DNA of 15,911 bases, taken from positions 1 through 15,911 of the IMG/VR virus record IMGVR_UViG_2541047698_000016, one strand, 5' to 3'. This document shows positions 1-8,535 of this stretch, one piece after another; positions within the stretch are counted from its first letter, which is position 1, and every line of letters begins with the position of its first letter. The notes under the pieces are model-generated. The model saw only the letters and a program-made list of their open reading frames with translations. It was not told the DNA's origin and searched no databases. The position numbers and the translations under genes are program-made. Source of the DNA: a virus. Taxonomy: Duplodnaviria; Heunggongvirae; Uroviricota; Caudoviricetes.

Positions 1-1362
1 ATGTTTAAACCGGAACTCCTTTCCCCGGCGGGAACGCTGAAAAATATGCGTTACGCTTTCGCTTATGGCGCAGATGCTGTTTATGCGGGCCAGCCGCGTT
101 ACTCCCTGCGTGTGCGCAACAACGAATTTAACCACGAAAATCTTCAGCTCGGCATCAATGAAGCCCACGCGCTGGGGAAAAAGTTTTATGTCGTGGTCAA
201 CATTGCACCGCACAACGCCAAGCTGAAAACCTTTATCCGTGACCTGAAACCGGTGGTGGAAATGGGGCCGGATGCGCTGATTATGTCTGATCCAGGGCTG
301 ATTATGCTGGTGCGCGAGCACTTCCCTGAAATGCCGATCCATCTCTCAGTACAGGCTAACGCCGTGAACTGGGCGACGGTGAAATTCTGGCAGCAAATGG
401 GTCTGACCCGCGTGATCCTCTCTCGCGAACTGTCACTGGAAGAGATTGAAGAGATCCGCAATCAGGTGCCAGATATGGAGATCGAAATCTTCGTTCACGG
501 CGCGCTGTGCATGGCCTACTCCGGTCGCTGCCTGCTCTCTGGCTATATCAACAAGCGCGACCCGAACCAGGGCACCTGCACCAACGCCTGCCGCTGGGAG
601 TATAACGTCCAGGAAGGGAAAGAAGATGACGTCGGCAACATCGTACACAAGTACGAACCGATTCCGGTGCAAAACGTTGAACCGACGCTGGGGATCGGCG
701 CACCAACCGACAAAGTGTTTATGATCGAAGAAGCCCAGCGTCCGGGCGAGTATATGACCGCGTTTGAAGATGAGCACGGCACTTACATCATGAACTCGAA
801 AGATCTGCGCGCCATCGCCCATGTTGAACGCCTGACCAAAATGGGCGTGCATTCGCTGAAAATCGAAGGCCGTACCAAATCTTTCTACTATTGCGCACGC
901 ACCGCGCAGGTTTACCGTAAAGCTATCGATGACGCAGCTGCGGGAAAACCATTCGATACCAGCCTGCTGGAAACCCTGGAAGGTCTGGCGCATCGTGGCT
1001 ATACCGAAGGTTTCCTGCGTCGTCATACTCACGACGATTATCAGAACTACGAATACGGTTATTCAGTTTCTGACCGCCAGCAGTTTGTTGGTGAGTTTAC
1101 CAGTGAGCGCAAGGGCGACCTCGCGGCGGTAGCGGTGAAAAATAAATTCTCCGTTGGCGACAGCCTTGAGCTGATGACGCCGCAAGGGAACATTAACTTT
1201 ACCCTTGAGCACATGGAAAACGCCAAAGGCGAAGCAATGCCGGTCGCACCGGGCGATGGTTATACTGTGTGGATCCCGGTGCCGCAGGATCTTGAGCTAA
1301 ATTACGCGCTGCTGATGCGTAATTTCTCCGGGGAAACCACGCGTAACCCCCACGGTAAGTGA
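1..1362 (+). CDS. yegQ: U32-family peptidase-like protein YegQ/TrhP (tRNA hydroxylation-associated), 453 aa
   Basis: Full-length ORF from ATG at 1 to TGA at 1360-1362. Translation matches my recollection of E. coli K-12 YegQ (453 aa, peptidase U32 family). The cyaR and ogr neighbours match the K-12 gene order. Confidence 0.88.
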   Translation: MFKPELLSPAGTLKNMRYAFAYGADAVYAGQPRYSLRVRNNEFNHENLQLGINEAHALGKKFYVVVNIAPHNAKLKTFIRDLKPVVEMGPDALIMSDPGLIMLVREHFPEMPIHLSVQANAVNWATVKFWQQMGLTRVILSRELSLEEIEEIRNQVPDMEIEIFVHGALCMAYSGRCLLSGYINKRDPNQGTCTNACRWEYNVQEGKEDDVGNIVHKYEPIPVQNVEPTLGIGAPTDKVFMIEEAQRPGEYMTAFEDEHGTYIMNSKDLRAIAHVERLTKMGVHSLKIEGRTKSFYYCARTAQVYRKAIDDAAAGKPFDTSLLETLEGLAHRGYTEGFLRRHTHDDYQNYEYGYSVSDRQQFVGEFTSERKGDLAAVAVKNKFSVGDSLELMTPQGNINFTLEHMENAKGEAMPVAPGDGYTVWIPVPQDLELNYALLMRNFSGETTRNPHGK

Positions 1363-1396
1363 TTAATTTCGATTATTTTTCCCGGATGGAAAATTC

Positions 1397-1439
1397 TTAG
1401 AAACCGATCACATACAGCTGCATTTATTAAGGTTATCAT
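1397..1439 (+). promoter_or_regulatory. Putative CRP-dependent promoter of cyaR: CRP half-site TCACA at 1408-1412, -10 TATCAT at 1434-1439
   Basis: TTAGA-N6-TCACA is a 3/5 + 5/5 match to the CRP consensus TGTGA-N6-TCACA, centred about 42 nt upstream of the inferred CyaR 5' end at 1447. TATCAT lies 7-8 nt upstream of +1. CyaR is known to be cAMP-CRP activated. Confidence 0.45.
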
Positions 1440-1446
1440 CTGTTTC

Positions 1447-1533
1447 GCTGAAAAACATAACCCATAAAATGCTAGCTGTACCAGGAACCACCTCCTTAGC
1501 CTGTGTAATCTCCCTTACACGGGCTTATTTTTT
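1447..1533 (+). ncRNA. cyaR: CyaR (RyeE) Hfq-dependent small RNA, 87 nt
   Basis: Sequence GCTGAAAAACATAACCCATAAAATGCTAGCTGTACCAGGAACCACCTCCTTAGCC... matches the CyaR sequence as I recall it, including the anti-SD-like CCTCCTTA motif. It ends in a GC-rich hairpin (TGTGTAATCTCCCTTACACGGGC) plus T7 run, a rho-independent terminator. Location between yegQ and ogr is as in K-12. Confidence 0.8.
1507..1533. other. P2-type attachment core (attL), 27 bp AATCTCCCTTACACGGGCTTATTTTTT
   Basis: Reverse complement AAAAAATAAGCCCGTGTAAGGGAGATT matches the P2 att core as I recall it. It coincides with the CyaR terminator, and prophage DNA (ogr) begins immediately to the right. Confidence 0.65.
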
Positions 1534-1596
1534 ACGCGTAATACAATGAAATAAAAGGATTTATTTCTGGTCACGTCCACACATTGACCACATCGA

Positions 1597-1622
1597 CAAA
1601 AAAGCCCCTCGACTGAGGGGCT
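1597..1622 (-). terminator. Rho-independent terminator downstream of ogr
   Basis: Hairpin GCCCCTC-GACT-GAGGGGC at 1604-1621. On the minus strand it is followed by a T-run (plus-strand A-run at 1598-1603), about 15 nt after the ogr stop. Confidence 0.5.
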
Positions 1623-1634
1623 TCCTGTTTGTAA

Positions 1635-1853
1635 TTACATCCACATAATTTGCTGCCCTGACGGCAACGGGTGCGGTCTTACGGCGTGGACTTCTCCCGG
1701 CTTCACGATGTATCGCTGTAACGACTCATAAGTGATGAACGTGGCGCTGCAATTCACGTTCTGACACTGGTGATAACGCTCTTTTGTCGTGTCAGTGATA
1801 TAGCGGCTTGTACGCGCATGTGCGGCATGCTGGCATAAAGGACAATGAAACAT
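1635..1853 (-). CDS. ogr: Ogr zinc-finger late-gene transcription activator, 72 aa
   Basis: MFHCPLCQHAAHARTSRYITDTTKERYHQCQNVNCSATF... carries the CxxC-N22-CxxxxC zinc-finger of P2 Ogr / K-12 OgrK. Start placed at the internal ATG (plus 1851-1853) to give the canonical 72 aa; the ORF-track 93-aa version is an upstream over-extension. Confidence 0.88.
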   Translation of the reverse strand: MFHCPLCQHAAHARTSRYITDTTKERYHQCQNVNCSATFITYESLQRYIVKPGEVHAVRPHPLPSGQQIMWM

Positions 1854-1934
1854 CGCGAGCACCTCTTCCGGTTTTGTTGATGGTGCCATTTTAGTTAATT
1901 TATCCTTATAAAACAAACAGATAAAATAAAGACA

Positions 1935-3098
1935 TCACTCATCATCTTCTGTTTCGTACTCCACATCAGAAAGCCTGACCTCAAGCTCTAAGGACGTCGT
2001 GAAGCCGCTATTATTCAGAAAATGTGTCACCTTAGTGATTGTCCAGTCCTGCTCGTCTATGACGCGCTTAAAGCCTGACACTTTGACCGGCGTTTCCGTG
2101 TAAATATCTGCCCGACCAGTAGCCAGACTGATGGAGAACTCCGCAACGCCCCGTTGCAGCTTATCCCACTTCGCCTGAGCGGCGCGCATGGCCTGCGCTT
2201 TCGTGGCATATACCGTGGTCAGGGCAAAAACGTTGTCAGCCTCACCAGCCATGTATTCACCTTCGCGTGCTTCCGGTACTTTTGGCGCTTTCTTCTGCGT
2301 GACTGGTTTCGCTTTCGGGTGCTCCAGTGCGCGCAGGTGTTTCTCTTTCTTTTTGCGTTTCAGTTTTACCTTCTGCTTTTGTGGCTTCGGGTCTTTGGTG
2401 TGTAACCACTTTGCCGTTACGCCGGTATAGGCGCCACGGTCAGCAATCGCAAAATGATGACGGTCACCGTCGCTGCGGGTGATGGTAATCTGCGGGATTT
2501 TTTTACCGCTGGCAGTCACCCCCTGCCCCGCTTTGAGAAACAGCAGTTTTCCCATTTTTACCGACACCTCACCGCCGTTGCGTTCTGCAAGACGGGTCAG
2601 GAATTTCGCATCAGACTCCTGCGACTGGTCGATGTGCGGGATTTTAATTCCGGCCAGTGACGGAGCGACACTGGCTTCCAGTCTGTTACGGGAGGCTATC
2701 GCCTCAACAATCGCACCGAGCGTGGTGTCATGCCAGGAGCCTTCACGGCGGGAATTGAGCGTCCCGCGGAAATCTGCACTCCGGGCGCGGATGGTGACCA
2801 CATCCGGTGCGCCCCGGTGTTCAACCTCATCAACGGTAAATTTCCCTTTGCATACCAGGGCAAAACCTTTCCAGCCGATATACACCGTCAGGACAGCGCC
2901 ACGAACCGGCAGCCCGACCTGCCCGTCGGCATCGTTCAGTTCAATATCAAGCTGGTCAGCCTCAAAGCCCCGGTTATCCGTCAGGGTCATGCTCATCAGA
3001 CGGTCGCTGATATTGCCGGTAATATCCCTGCTGTCGAGCATCAGCATGTAATCCGGCGTCAGCGTACTGCCTGCATCAAATGTCAGCGCGTCCAGCAT
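1935..3098 (-). CDS. D: Tail protein gpD (late control D), 387 aa
   Basis: Length and sequence match my recollection of P2 gpD. Position between U and ogr is canonical, and the start ATG overlaps the U stop (TAATG). Confidence 0.88.
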   Translation of the reverse strand: MLDALTFDAGSTLTPDYMLMLDSRDITGNISDRLMSMTLTDNRGFEADQLDIELNDADGQVGLPVRGAVLTVYIGWKGFALVCKGKFTVDEVEHRGAPDVVTIRARSADFRGTLNSRREGSWHDTTLGAIVEAIASRNRLEASVAPSLAGIKIPHIDQSQESDAKFLTRLAERNGGEVSVKMGKLLFLKAGQGVTASGKKIPQITITRSDGDRHHFAIADRGAYTGVTAKWLHTKDPKPQKQKVKLKRKKKEKHLRALEHPKAKPVTQKKAPKVPEAREGEYMAGEADNVFALTTVYATKAQAMRAAQAKWDKLQRGVAEFSISLATGRADIYTETPVKVSGFKRVIDEQDWTITKVTHFLNNSGFTTSLELEVRLSDVEYETEDDE

Positions 3099-3577
3099 TA
3101 TCCCGCCCCCGTCATACCCGTGAATTTAGTCGCCATACTGCCAGCCTTACCGATGAGCGATTCCGCCTGTTTACCGATATCGCCATAAAGCGCGGCCAGT
3201 GATTCATCAACGCGGGTGAGCGACAACGTAAAATCAATTTTCCGGGGTGTGCCGTCTGCAAAGAAAATACTCCCTGTTTCACTCACCCTGCTGATGACAT
3301 ACATGCCGTAAATCATGCCGGTGCCATCCAGCAACGGCCACGCCCGGCCTTCCTCTGCCATCAGCCTGAGCGTGGTCATCGTCAGCTTGCCGCCGGTCAG
3401 TTCTGGATAAAGCACACCGGCAAGCGTGATGTTTTCCTCACCCACACCGAGAAACTGGTAGGCGTCCCGTTTACCGATACGGGAATTTGACGGCCAGCGA
3501 TAATCTGATTCACGCTGCATGGTCTGGTGTGGCAGCGTCTGGCGCATAAAAACAAACATACCTAACGCGAGCATCAT
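3098..3577 (-). CDS. U: Tail protein gpU, 159 aa
   Basis: Size and position between T and D match P2 gpU. Start codon lies 15 nt downstream of the T stop. Confidence 0.85.
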   Translation of the reverse strand: MMLALGMFVFMRQTLPHQTMQRESDYRWPSNSRIGKRDAYQFLGVGEENITLAGVLYPELTGGKLTMTTLRLMAEEGRAWPLLDGTGMIYGMYVISRVSETGSIFFADGTPRKIDFTLSLTRVDESLAALYGDIGKQAESLIGKAGSMATKFTGMTGAG

Positions 3578-3591
3578 TTTTCGTCACCTCC

Positions 3592-6039
3592 TTAACCGTC
3601 ATGCATCATGCTGGCACGGGCGCGCGCACGTTTATCCCGCTCGTATTTTTCGAGCGCATCCTGTAAATGGCGGTCGAGCTGTGTCCCCGGCGCAGTACCG
3701 CCCGTCAGATTGATGTGATATTCGTTTTTACTCTGGTCCACATAAGAGCGGCCAGCCGGTGCCGTGACCGGCTGGTAAGCCTGATACCCCGCATAAGAGC
3801 CGGTCGCCGGAATATAATCACCTGTGCCATACGTGGCGGCATGAGTTCTGGCGGCAGTCTGGTCAAGTGCGTCAGACTCTTTGTTGATGACGCCGAGTTT
3901 TTCCAGTACCCAGTCAATACCGCTGCGCAGTTTGTTGAACACATTAAGCGGCAGCATCAGCGCGTCAGCCAGTGCCTGCCCGAACATGACCCCCGTGTCA
4001 CGGCAACTGTTCAGGGTGTCCTGAGTGGCTTTGACCGGGGCAATCAGGTTTTTAAACCACTGCCACGCGGCCTGTAACTTTTCACCCAGCCAGTCAAACA
4101 CCGGCTTAAGTGGCGTGAACAGTTCCCCCACCGGCGCAAATGCCACTTTCAGCCCTTCAACCACACCGCCAAAGAATGCGCTGACAGGCTCCCAGTATTT
4201 ACGGATAAGCAACGCCCCGGCGACAATTGCGGCCACCACGGCCACAACCGGCCAGCTAATCGCCCCGATGGCGGTCATAACAGCACTGCCAACCGTCGTG
4301 AAGATTGCCCCCATTGCGCCTGCTGCCGCGATGATGGCATTGATGCCGGTGATAACCGGCCAGGCTACCAGACCAATGGCACCGATGATGCCAATAAGCG
4401 CCAGCGCGCCACCGACAATGAGGCCGATGGTTGACGCCAGTGATTTGTTTTTCTGGATCCAGCCGTCGAGTTTTAACACATACTTTGTGGCCGTCTGCGT
4501 GAGCTTACGCAGTGCGCCTTCCTGCTGGTCAAACAGGTCAGTCCCCACCGCCTCATAAGCGGACTGAAACTCCTTAAATTCACCGCCGAGGTTGTCCTGC
4601 ATGATATTTACCAGCTCTGCGGTCTTTCCGTCTGAGGCTTTAAACGCAGCGGTCAGTTTGTCCAGCTTTCCGGTTGAGGCGGCAGTCATCAGCACGGCGG
4701 CGGCTGAACTGGCCTCCTCCCCGAAAATGGTTTTCATGTATTCAGCCTGCTGGGCAGTACCGAGCCGGTTTTTCTCAAAACTGGCCTGCATTTCTTTCAG
4801 AATGGTAAATACTGGTCGGGTGTTTCCCTTGCTGTCTGAGGTTTTCACACCAAGCTCTTTGAGTGCATCCCATGCTTTTCCCGTCGGTGCCTGCAGGCGG
4901 CTTAACACGGCACGGCTTCCCGTCCCCACCATTGAGCCTGTGATTTTTGCATCATGCAGCGCCCCGACCATTGCGGCGGTTTCTTCAATGCTGACACCGG
5001 CATTTTTTGCCACTGGTGCGGTATAGGTCAGCGCATCGCTCATGCCGTCAAAATCAGCGGCGGTTTTGTTCATCGTCATGGAGAGAACATCCCCGATATG
5101 AGCGACCTTATCGTTTGAAAGCTGAAAGGCGGATTTCATCCCCATCAGCAGGGCGGCGTTTTCTTCCATTGTGCGACGGTTCGCCAGCGCCATATTCAGC
5201 GTGACCGGCGTTGCCGCCTGAATGGCATCAACATCCCCACCGGCTTTCGCAATAATAATCTGCGCACCAGCTGCATCATCTGCCGAGGCTGCGGTATTGT
5301 CGCCGAGCTGACGCGCCTGCTTGCGTAGTGCAGCCATTTCGGTGGAGTCTTTTGCCACACCGAGCACGGCCTGCAATTCTGAGTTTTTCTGCGCAAACTC
5401 ATAACCGGGCATCAGCAGCTTAACTCCGGCCATCGTTCCCGCCGCCGCAATCCCCACACCGGCAGCGCCCACCGAGGCCATATTTCCGGCCAGTTCCTTT
5501 CCGGCCTGATAACGCTGTTTTACTGCGTTAAGTTTTGCCTGTTGTGCACTGACACGCGCCAGCGCGTCACGCTGCCGGTTAAGCTGTGCGGTGGTTTCAC
5601 TGATACGGTTTTTCAGTCCTCGTTCATCATGCGCCAGATTACGGGTATTAATACCCGCCTGACTCAATTCCTGACGCTGGCGCTGTACCGACAATCTCAG
5701 GCTGTTATATTTCACCTGTAACTCAGACGCATTTTTACGCGCGGCTTCCATTGCCTTTGCCTGTGCATTTGTCGGTCGTTCAGTATTTTTAAACTGGACA
5801 GCCAGAGCTGCGGCTTCCTGTCTGGCTTTTTTCAGTTCCTGACCAGTCACGGCGAGCTGTGCACTGGTCTTGCGGAATCCCTCAATACGGGATGCGTGAC
5901 CGTTCAGCTCGCGCAGTGATTTTTGTGTTTCCCGGATATCCCCCGACAGCGATTTGCTCGCTGTGCGGATGGATTTAAACGGGCGGGATGCCTGGTCAAC
6001 AGCCCTGAGCAATACCTGTAATTTTACATTGTTACTCAT
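3592..6039 (-). CDS. T: Tail tape measure protein gpT, 815 aa
   Basis: Long coiled-coil-rich N-terminal half, an Ala/Gly-rich hydrophobic central segment and a C-terminal domain, typical of tape measure proteins. Start ATG overlaps the E+E' stop (ATGAGTAA). Position is canonical. Confidence 0.88.
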   Translation of the reverse strand: MSNNVKLQVLLRAVDQASRPFKSIRTASKSLSGDIRETQKSLRELNGHASRIEGFRKTSAQLAVTGQELKKARQEAAALAVQFKNTERPTNAQAKAMEAARKNASELQVKYNSLRLSVQRQRQELSQAGINTRNLAHDERGLKNRISETTAQLNRQRDALARVSAQQAKLNAVKQRYQAGKELAGNMASVGAAGVGIAAAGTMAGVKLLMPGYEFAQKNSELQAVLGVAKDSTEMAALRKQARQLGDNTAASADDAAGAQIIIAKAGGDVDAIQAATPVTLNMALANRRTMEENAALLMGMKSAFQLSNDKVAHIGDVLSMTMNKTAADFDGMSDALTYTAPVAKNAGVSIEETAAMVGALHDAKITGSMVGTGSRAVLSRLQAPTGKAWDALKELGVKTSDSKGNTRPVFTILKEMQASFEKNRLGTAQQAEYMKTIFGEEASSAAAVLMTAASTGKLDKLTAAFKASDGKTAELVNIMQDNLGGEFKEFQSAYEAVGTDLFDQQEGALRKLTQTATKYVLKLDGWIQKNKSLASTIGLIVGGALALIGIIGAIGLVAWPVITGINAIIAAAGAMGAIFTTVGSAVMTAIGAISWPVVAVVAAIVAGALLIRKYWEPVSAFFGGVVEGLKVAFAPVGELFTPLKPVFDWLGEKLQAAWQWFKNLIAPVKATQDTLNSCRDTGVMFGQALADALMLPLNVFNKLRSGIDWVLEKLGVINKESDALDQTAARTHAATYGTGDYIPATGSYAGYQAYQPVTAPAGRSYVDQSKNEYHINLTGGTAPGTQLDRHLQDALEKYERDKRARARASMMHDG

Positions 6040-6459
6040 TCGTGTTTCCGCTTCGCCGGAGCGCCTTTTCGCGCCATGTGATGAGTTCGGTCAGGCTCAT
6101 GGGATACAGTTCTGATGGCGGCCAGTGAAATATCACTGCCACATCCGCCATCAGGTCATCGACCGAGAGATTTTTCGGAAACGTCACTGCACCGAGTTCG
6201 GCGACAAAAAACCGACCACCTTACCGGCCAGCGCCACAAGGTCAGGCAGTTCCAGCGCGGCGACCTCCTGTTCGGTCAGCATCGGTGCCGTCATGCGCGG
6301 CAGCACTTTAATCAGTGCATCGACTTCGGAGTTCGCGACCGCAGCCAGACTGACACCGCGCAGCGTCCCGGCATTGGGTTTCATCAGCGTGACCTGTTCG
6401 ATAACCTGCTCACCACGCTTGACCGGATTGTCCAGGGTAATCACATTTTCTTTGTTCAT
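6032..6459 (-). CDS. E+E': Tail assembly chaperone gpE+E', about 141 aa, made by -1 programmed ribosomal frameshift at plus 6205-6211
   Basis: After a -1 slip at T_TTT_TTG the reading frame stays open for 58 codons (...FFVAELGAVTFPKNLSVDDLMADVAVIFHWPPSELYPMSLTELITWREKALRRSGNTNE*) and ends at TAA 6032-6034, overlapping the T start. This is the architecture of P2 E/E+E' and lambda G/GT. Confidence 0.7.
6184..6459 (-). CDS. E: Tail assembly chaperone gpE, 91 aa (zero-frame product)
   Basis: ORF ends ...KVVGFLSPNSVQ*; size and position immediately upstream of T match P2 gpE. Confidence 0.85.
   Translation of the reverse strand: MNKENVITLDNPVKRGEQVIEQVTLMKPNAGTLRGVSLAAVANSEVDALIKVLPRMTAPMLTEQEVAALELPDLVALAGKVVGFLSPNSVQ
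6205..6211 (-). other. Slippery heptamer T_TTT_TTG for the E -> E+E' -1 frameshift
   Basis: Minus-strand codons GGT TTT TTG in the E frame form a canonical X_XXY_YYZ heptamer, 6 codons before the E stop. Confidence 0.65.
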
Positions 6460-6515
6460 GGTTTTCTCACTTCTGAATCAGGGTTAACCGGTCAGCCTGG
6501 CTGACCGGATGAAAA

Positions 6516-7034
6516 TCACAGGCCGATATTGCGGCGGTGTTGCTCCAGCCGGTCGACGCCGTTCACCTTCTCAATCATGTTGATGGTGTCGATTTCGACC
6601 AGCTCCTTACCGTCCATCGTCAGCCGGAAATAGGTGCAGACCACGGAGATTTTCGACTCGGTGTCTTCTCCCTGTTTACCCTCTCCGGTGTCGATTTCTT
6701 TCTGACGTCCACGCATGACTACCTCGACGGCCACCGTTTCGCCGGTATCGTCGCGCTGGTAAGAGCCTGCAAAACGAATCGGCACGGCATCCACACCGGT
6801 TGCTGCGTAAAGCTCCCAGATAACCGAATCCGGGAAACCACCGAGCGACCACTCCATTGACAGCGCATCGTCATCAAGGCCGAGGTCTACCGGTGCGCTG
6901 CCGTTCATCCCCGCACCGCGATAGTTTTCGAGCTTACGGGTCAGTTTTGGCAGCGTGACGGACTTTGCAACGCCCTGATAGCTGTAGCCGTTCAGAAAGA
7001 CGTTCATTAACTTGAGTTTGCGCGGCATTGCCAT
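6516..7034 (-). CDS. FII: Tail tube protein gpFII, 172 aa
   Basis: MAMPRKLKLMNVFLNGYSYQGVAKSVTLPKL... matches my recollection of P2 FII. Lies 12 nt downstream of FI. Confidence 0.88.
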   Translation of the reverse strand: MAMPRKLKLMNVFLNGYSYQGVAKSVTLPKLTRKLENYRGAGMNGSAPVDLGLDDDALSMEWSLGGFPDSVIWELYAATGVDAVPIRFAGSYQRDDTGETVAVEVVMRGRQKEIDTGEGKQGEDTESKISVVCTYFRLTMDGKELVEIDTINMIEKVNGVDRLEQHRRNIGL

Positions 7035-7046
7035 CGGTCAGGCTCC

Positions 7047-8237
7047 TTAATTGCTGTTAACCGAGGTGACCAGATTTGCCAGGTATTTATCGGTAATACG
7101 CTGGCGCAGGGTCAGGTTTTCGAGAGGAGGCACCGGTGTATAGTCGTAGTCGATATACAGTTTTCCGGCCTTGAGGGTTTCCGCATCGTTGGATTCTTCG
7201 CTGAACCAGCAGGTCGCATCCACGATATAGCCGTTTGTTTTCAGCTCACGGAATTTGGCATTGATGCCGTCAACGATGTCGCGAATCAGCGTTGCGGTGA
7301 TGGGCTTGTCCACCGCCCACATGTGCGCCTCAGCCATCGTGTCGGCCAGCACCTGCGCGGTGCGGGTGTAGTTTTCAAAGAGGAACAGCGGATCATCAGA
7401 GCAGGTACGGTTACCCCAGAAGCGGAAACCGTCGCGGCGAATCAGCGTAGTGACGCCTGACTCATTAAGCAGGTCAGCATCGGTGCCGGACTCCTGCAAA
7501 TCCCAGAATACAGAGGCGCTGATGCCGGTAACACCGTTCACCCCAACGTTGGACAGTGTTTTATGCCAGCCCTGCTCCTGGTCGATTTTAGCGCGCAGAC
7601 CCAGCGCACGGGCGGTGGCATACGCGGTGGCGGTGGTACTGGTGACCGTATCCCATGCGAGGAAATCCGGCCAGATGACCATCAACTCACGCTGGCTGAA
7701 ATTCTGGCGGTAGGCTTTCACCTCGGAAATAGTTTTACAGCCCCATGCGCTGATATACCCGAAAGCGCGCAGCTTCTGACAGACTGATGCCAGTGCAACA
7801 GCCACCTCTTTGGTGTCCAGTCCCGGCACGCCGAGAATACGCGGTTTAACACCGGTTACCGACTCCGCCGCCAGCAGGGCTTTCAGTCCGGTGTACTGAC
7901 CGTTTTCGTCGGTGGTGCCGATGATATTGGAAACGGTCTGCGCGAGTTTCGTTTCCTCGTCGTCGCCGGTGCCGTCTTCCACACGCACGACAACGGTGAC
8001 CGGTTTTGACTGGTCGGCGATGGCCTGCAACGATGCCGCCAGCGTGCCTTTTTTACCAGCCTTTGCAATTGCGCTCTGCACATTGGTAATCAGCACCGGT
8101 TTATTGAGGGGGAAGGTTTCCGCATCCGCATCGCTGGCCGTGCAGACCATGCCGACAATGGCCGTGGATACGGTGGAAATGACGCGGGTGCCGTCGTTAA
8201 TCTCCAGCACCTGCACGCCGTGATGATAGTCACTCAT
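7047..8237 (-). CDS. FI: Contractile tail sheath protein gpFI, 396 aa
   Basis: MSDYHHGVQVLEINDGTRVISTVSTAIVGM... matches my recollection of the P2 FI N-terminus; size is right for a sheath protein. GGAG Shine-Dalgarno 8 nt upstream. Confidence 0.88.
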   Translation of the reverse strand: MSDYHHGVQVLEINDGTRVISTVSTAIVGMVCTASDADAETFPLNKPVLITNVQSAIAKAGKKGTLAASLQAIADQSKPVTVVVRVEDGTGDDEETKLAQTVSNIIGTTDENGQYTGLKALLAAESVTGVKPRILGVPGLDTKEVAVALASVCQKLRAFGYISAWGCKTISEVKAYRQNFSQRELMVIWPDFLAWDTVTSTTATAYATARALGLRAKIDQEQGWHKTLSNVGVNGVTGISASVFWDLQESGTDADLLNESGVTTLIRRDGFRFWGNRTCSDDPLFLFENYTRTAQVLADTMAEAHMWAVDKPITATLIRDIVDGINAKFRELKTNGYIVDATCWFSEESNDAETLKAGKLYIDYDYTPVPPLENLTLRQRITDKYLANLVTSVNSN

Positions 8238-8249
8238 CCGTTTAACTCC

Positions 8250-8330
8250 GTGGTTAATGGGTGCAACTATTTTCTGTTGGGCAGAGCATGAGACGCTATT
8301 TGACCTGGCTGGTCAGTGGATGAAACAACA
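8250..8330 (-). promoter_or_regulatory. Candidate Ogr-dependent late promoter (PF-like) upstream of FI, containing the inverted repeat TGACC-N5-GGTCA at 8303-8317
   Basis: By position this must be the promoter region of the FI-FII-E-T-U-D operon. An inverted repeat sits about 50 nt upstream of a possible -10. It does not fit the TGT-N12-ACA late-promoter dyad as I recall it, so the assignment is tentative. Confidence 0.3.
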
Positions 8331-8361
8331 GATAAAGAAAAGGCGGGCAATTCGCCCGCCT
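8330..8361 (-). terminator. Rho-independent terminator closing the upstream transcription unit (G or hotspot gene)
   Basis: Hairpin GGCGGGC-AATT-CGCCCGCC at 8342-8360. On the minus strand it is followed by TTTTCTTTATCT. Confidence 0.5.
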
Positions 8362-8535
8362 GTCCTGATTTGTACTCACTCATTTTCCAACTGACTATTT
8401 ACATAGTCCAAACGCTATCAAATCTGACTGTCTGCTTTGAGCGAGGTGCTGACATCCGCATGAATGTATGGAGCTGCCGCACACTCTAAAAATGATAGAA
8501 CGTCTATATATTAATTATCCCTAAGTCCAGTTTTA

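Noticed and set aside
433-1032. 199-aa minus-strand ORF (and other ORFs of 60-200 aa) antisense within yegQ
   Set aside because: It lies fully inside the well-supported yegQ coding sequence on the opposite strand, and I see no ribosome-binding site. Long antisense ORFs are expected by chance in GC-rich coding DNA.
1854-1916. N-terminal 21-codon extension of ogr in the ORF track (93 aa)
   Set aside because: Canonical Ogr is 72 aa starting MFHCPLCQ; the extension is just upstream open frame. Start placed at the internal ATG.
2276-2396. Lysine-rich low-complexity segment (KPQKQKVKLKRKKKEKH...KAKPVTQKKAPK) inside gpD, considered as a possible insertion or fused module
   Set aside because: It is in frame within an otherwise intact gpD of the expected 387-aa length, and it is likely a native basic linker. 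I cannot show from sequence alone that it is an insertion.
2479-3051. 190-aa and 152-aa plus-strand ORFs overlapping D and U
   Set aside because: Antisense to confidently assigned phage tail genes; no expression signals; judged spurious.
4025-5026. Plus-strand ORFs of 177 and 144 aa inside the tape-measure gene, the first looking hydrophobic
   Set aside because: They are antisense to gpT; the apparent hydrophobicity mirrors the Ala/Gly-rich central segment of T itself.
6115-6504. Plus-strand ORFs of 129 and 120 aa overlapping gene E
   Set aside because: Antisense to E/E+E'; the real extra coding capacity here is the -1 frameshift product on the minus strand.
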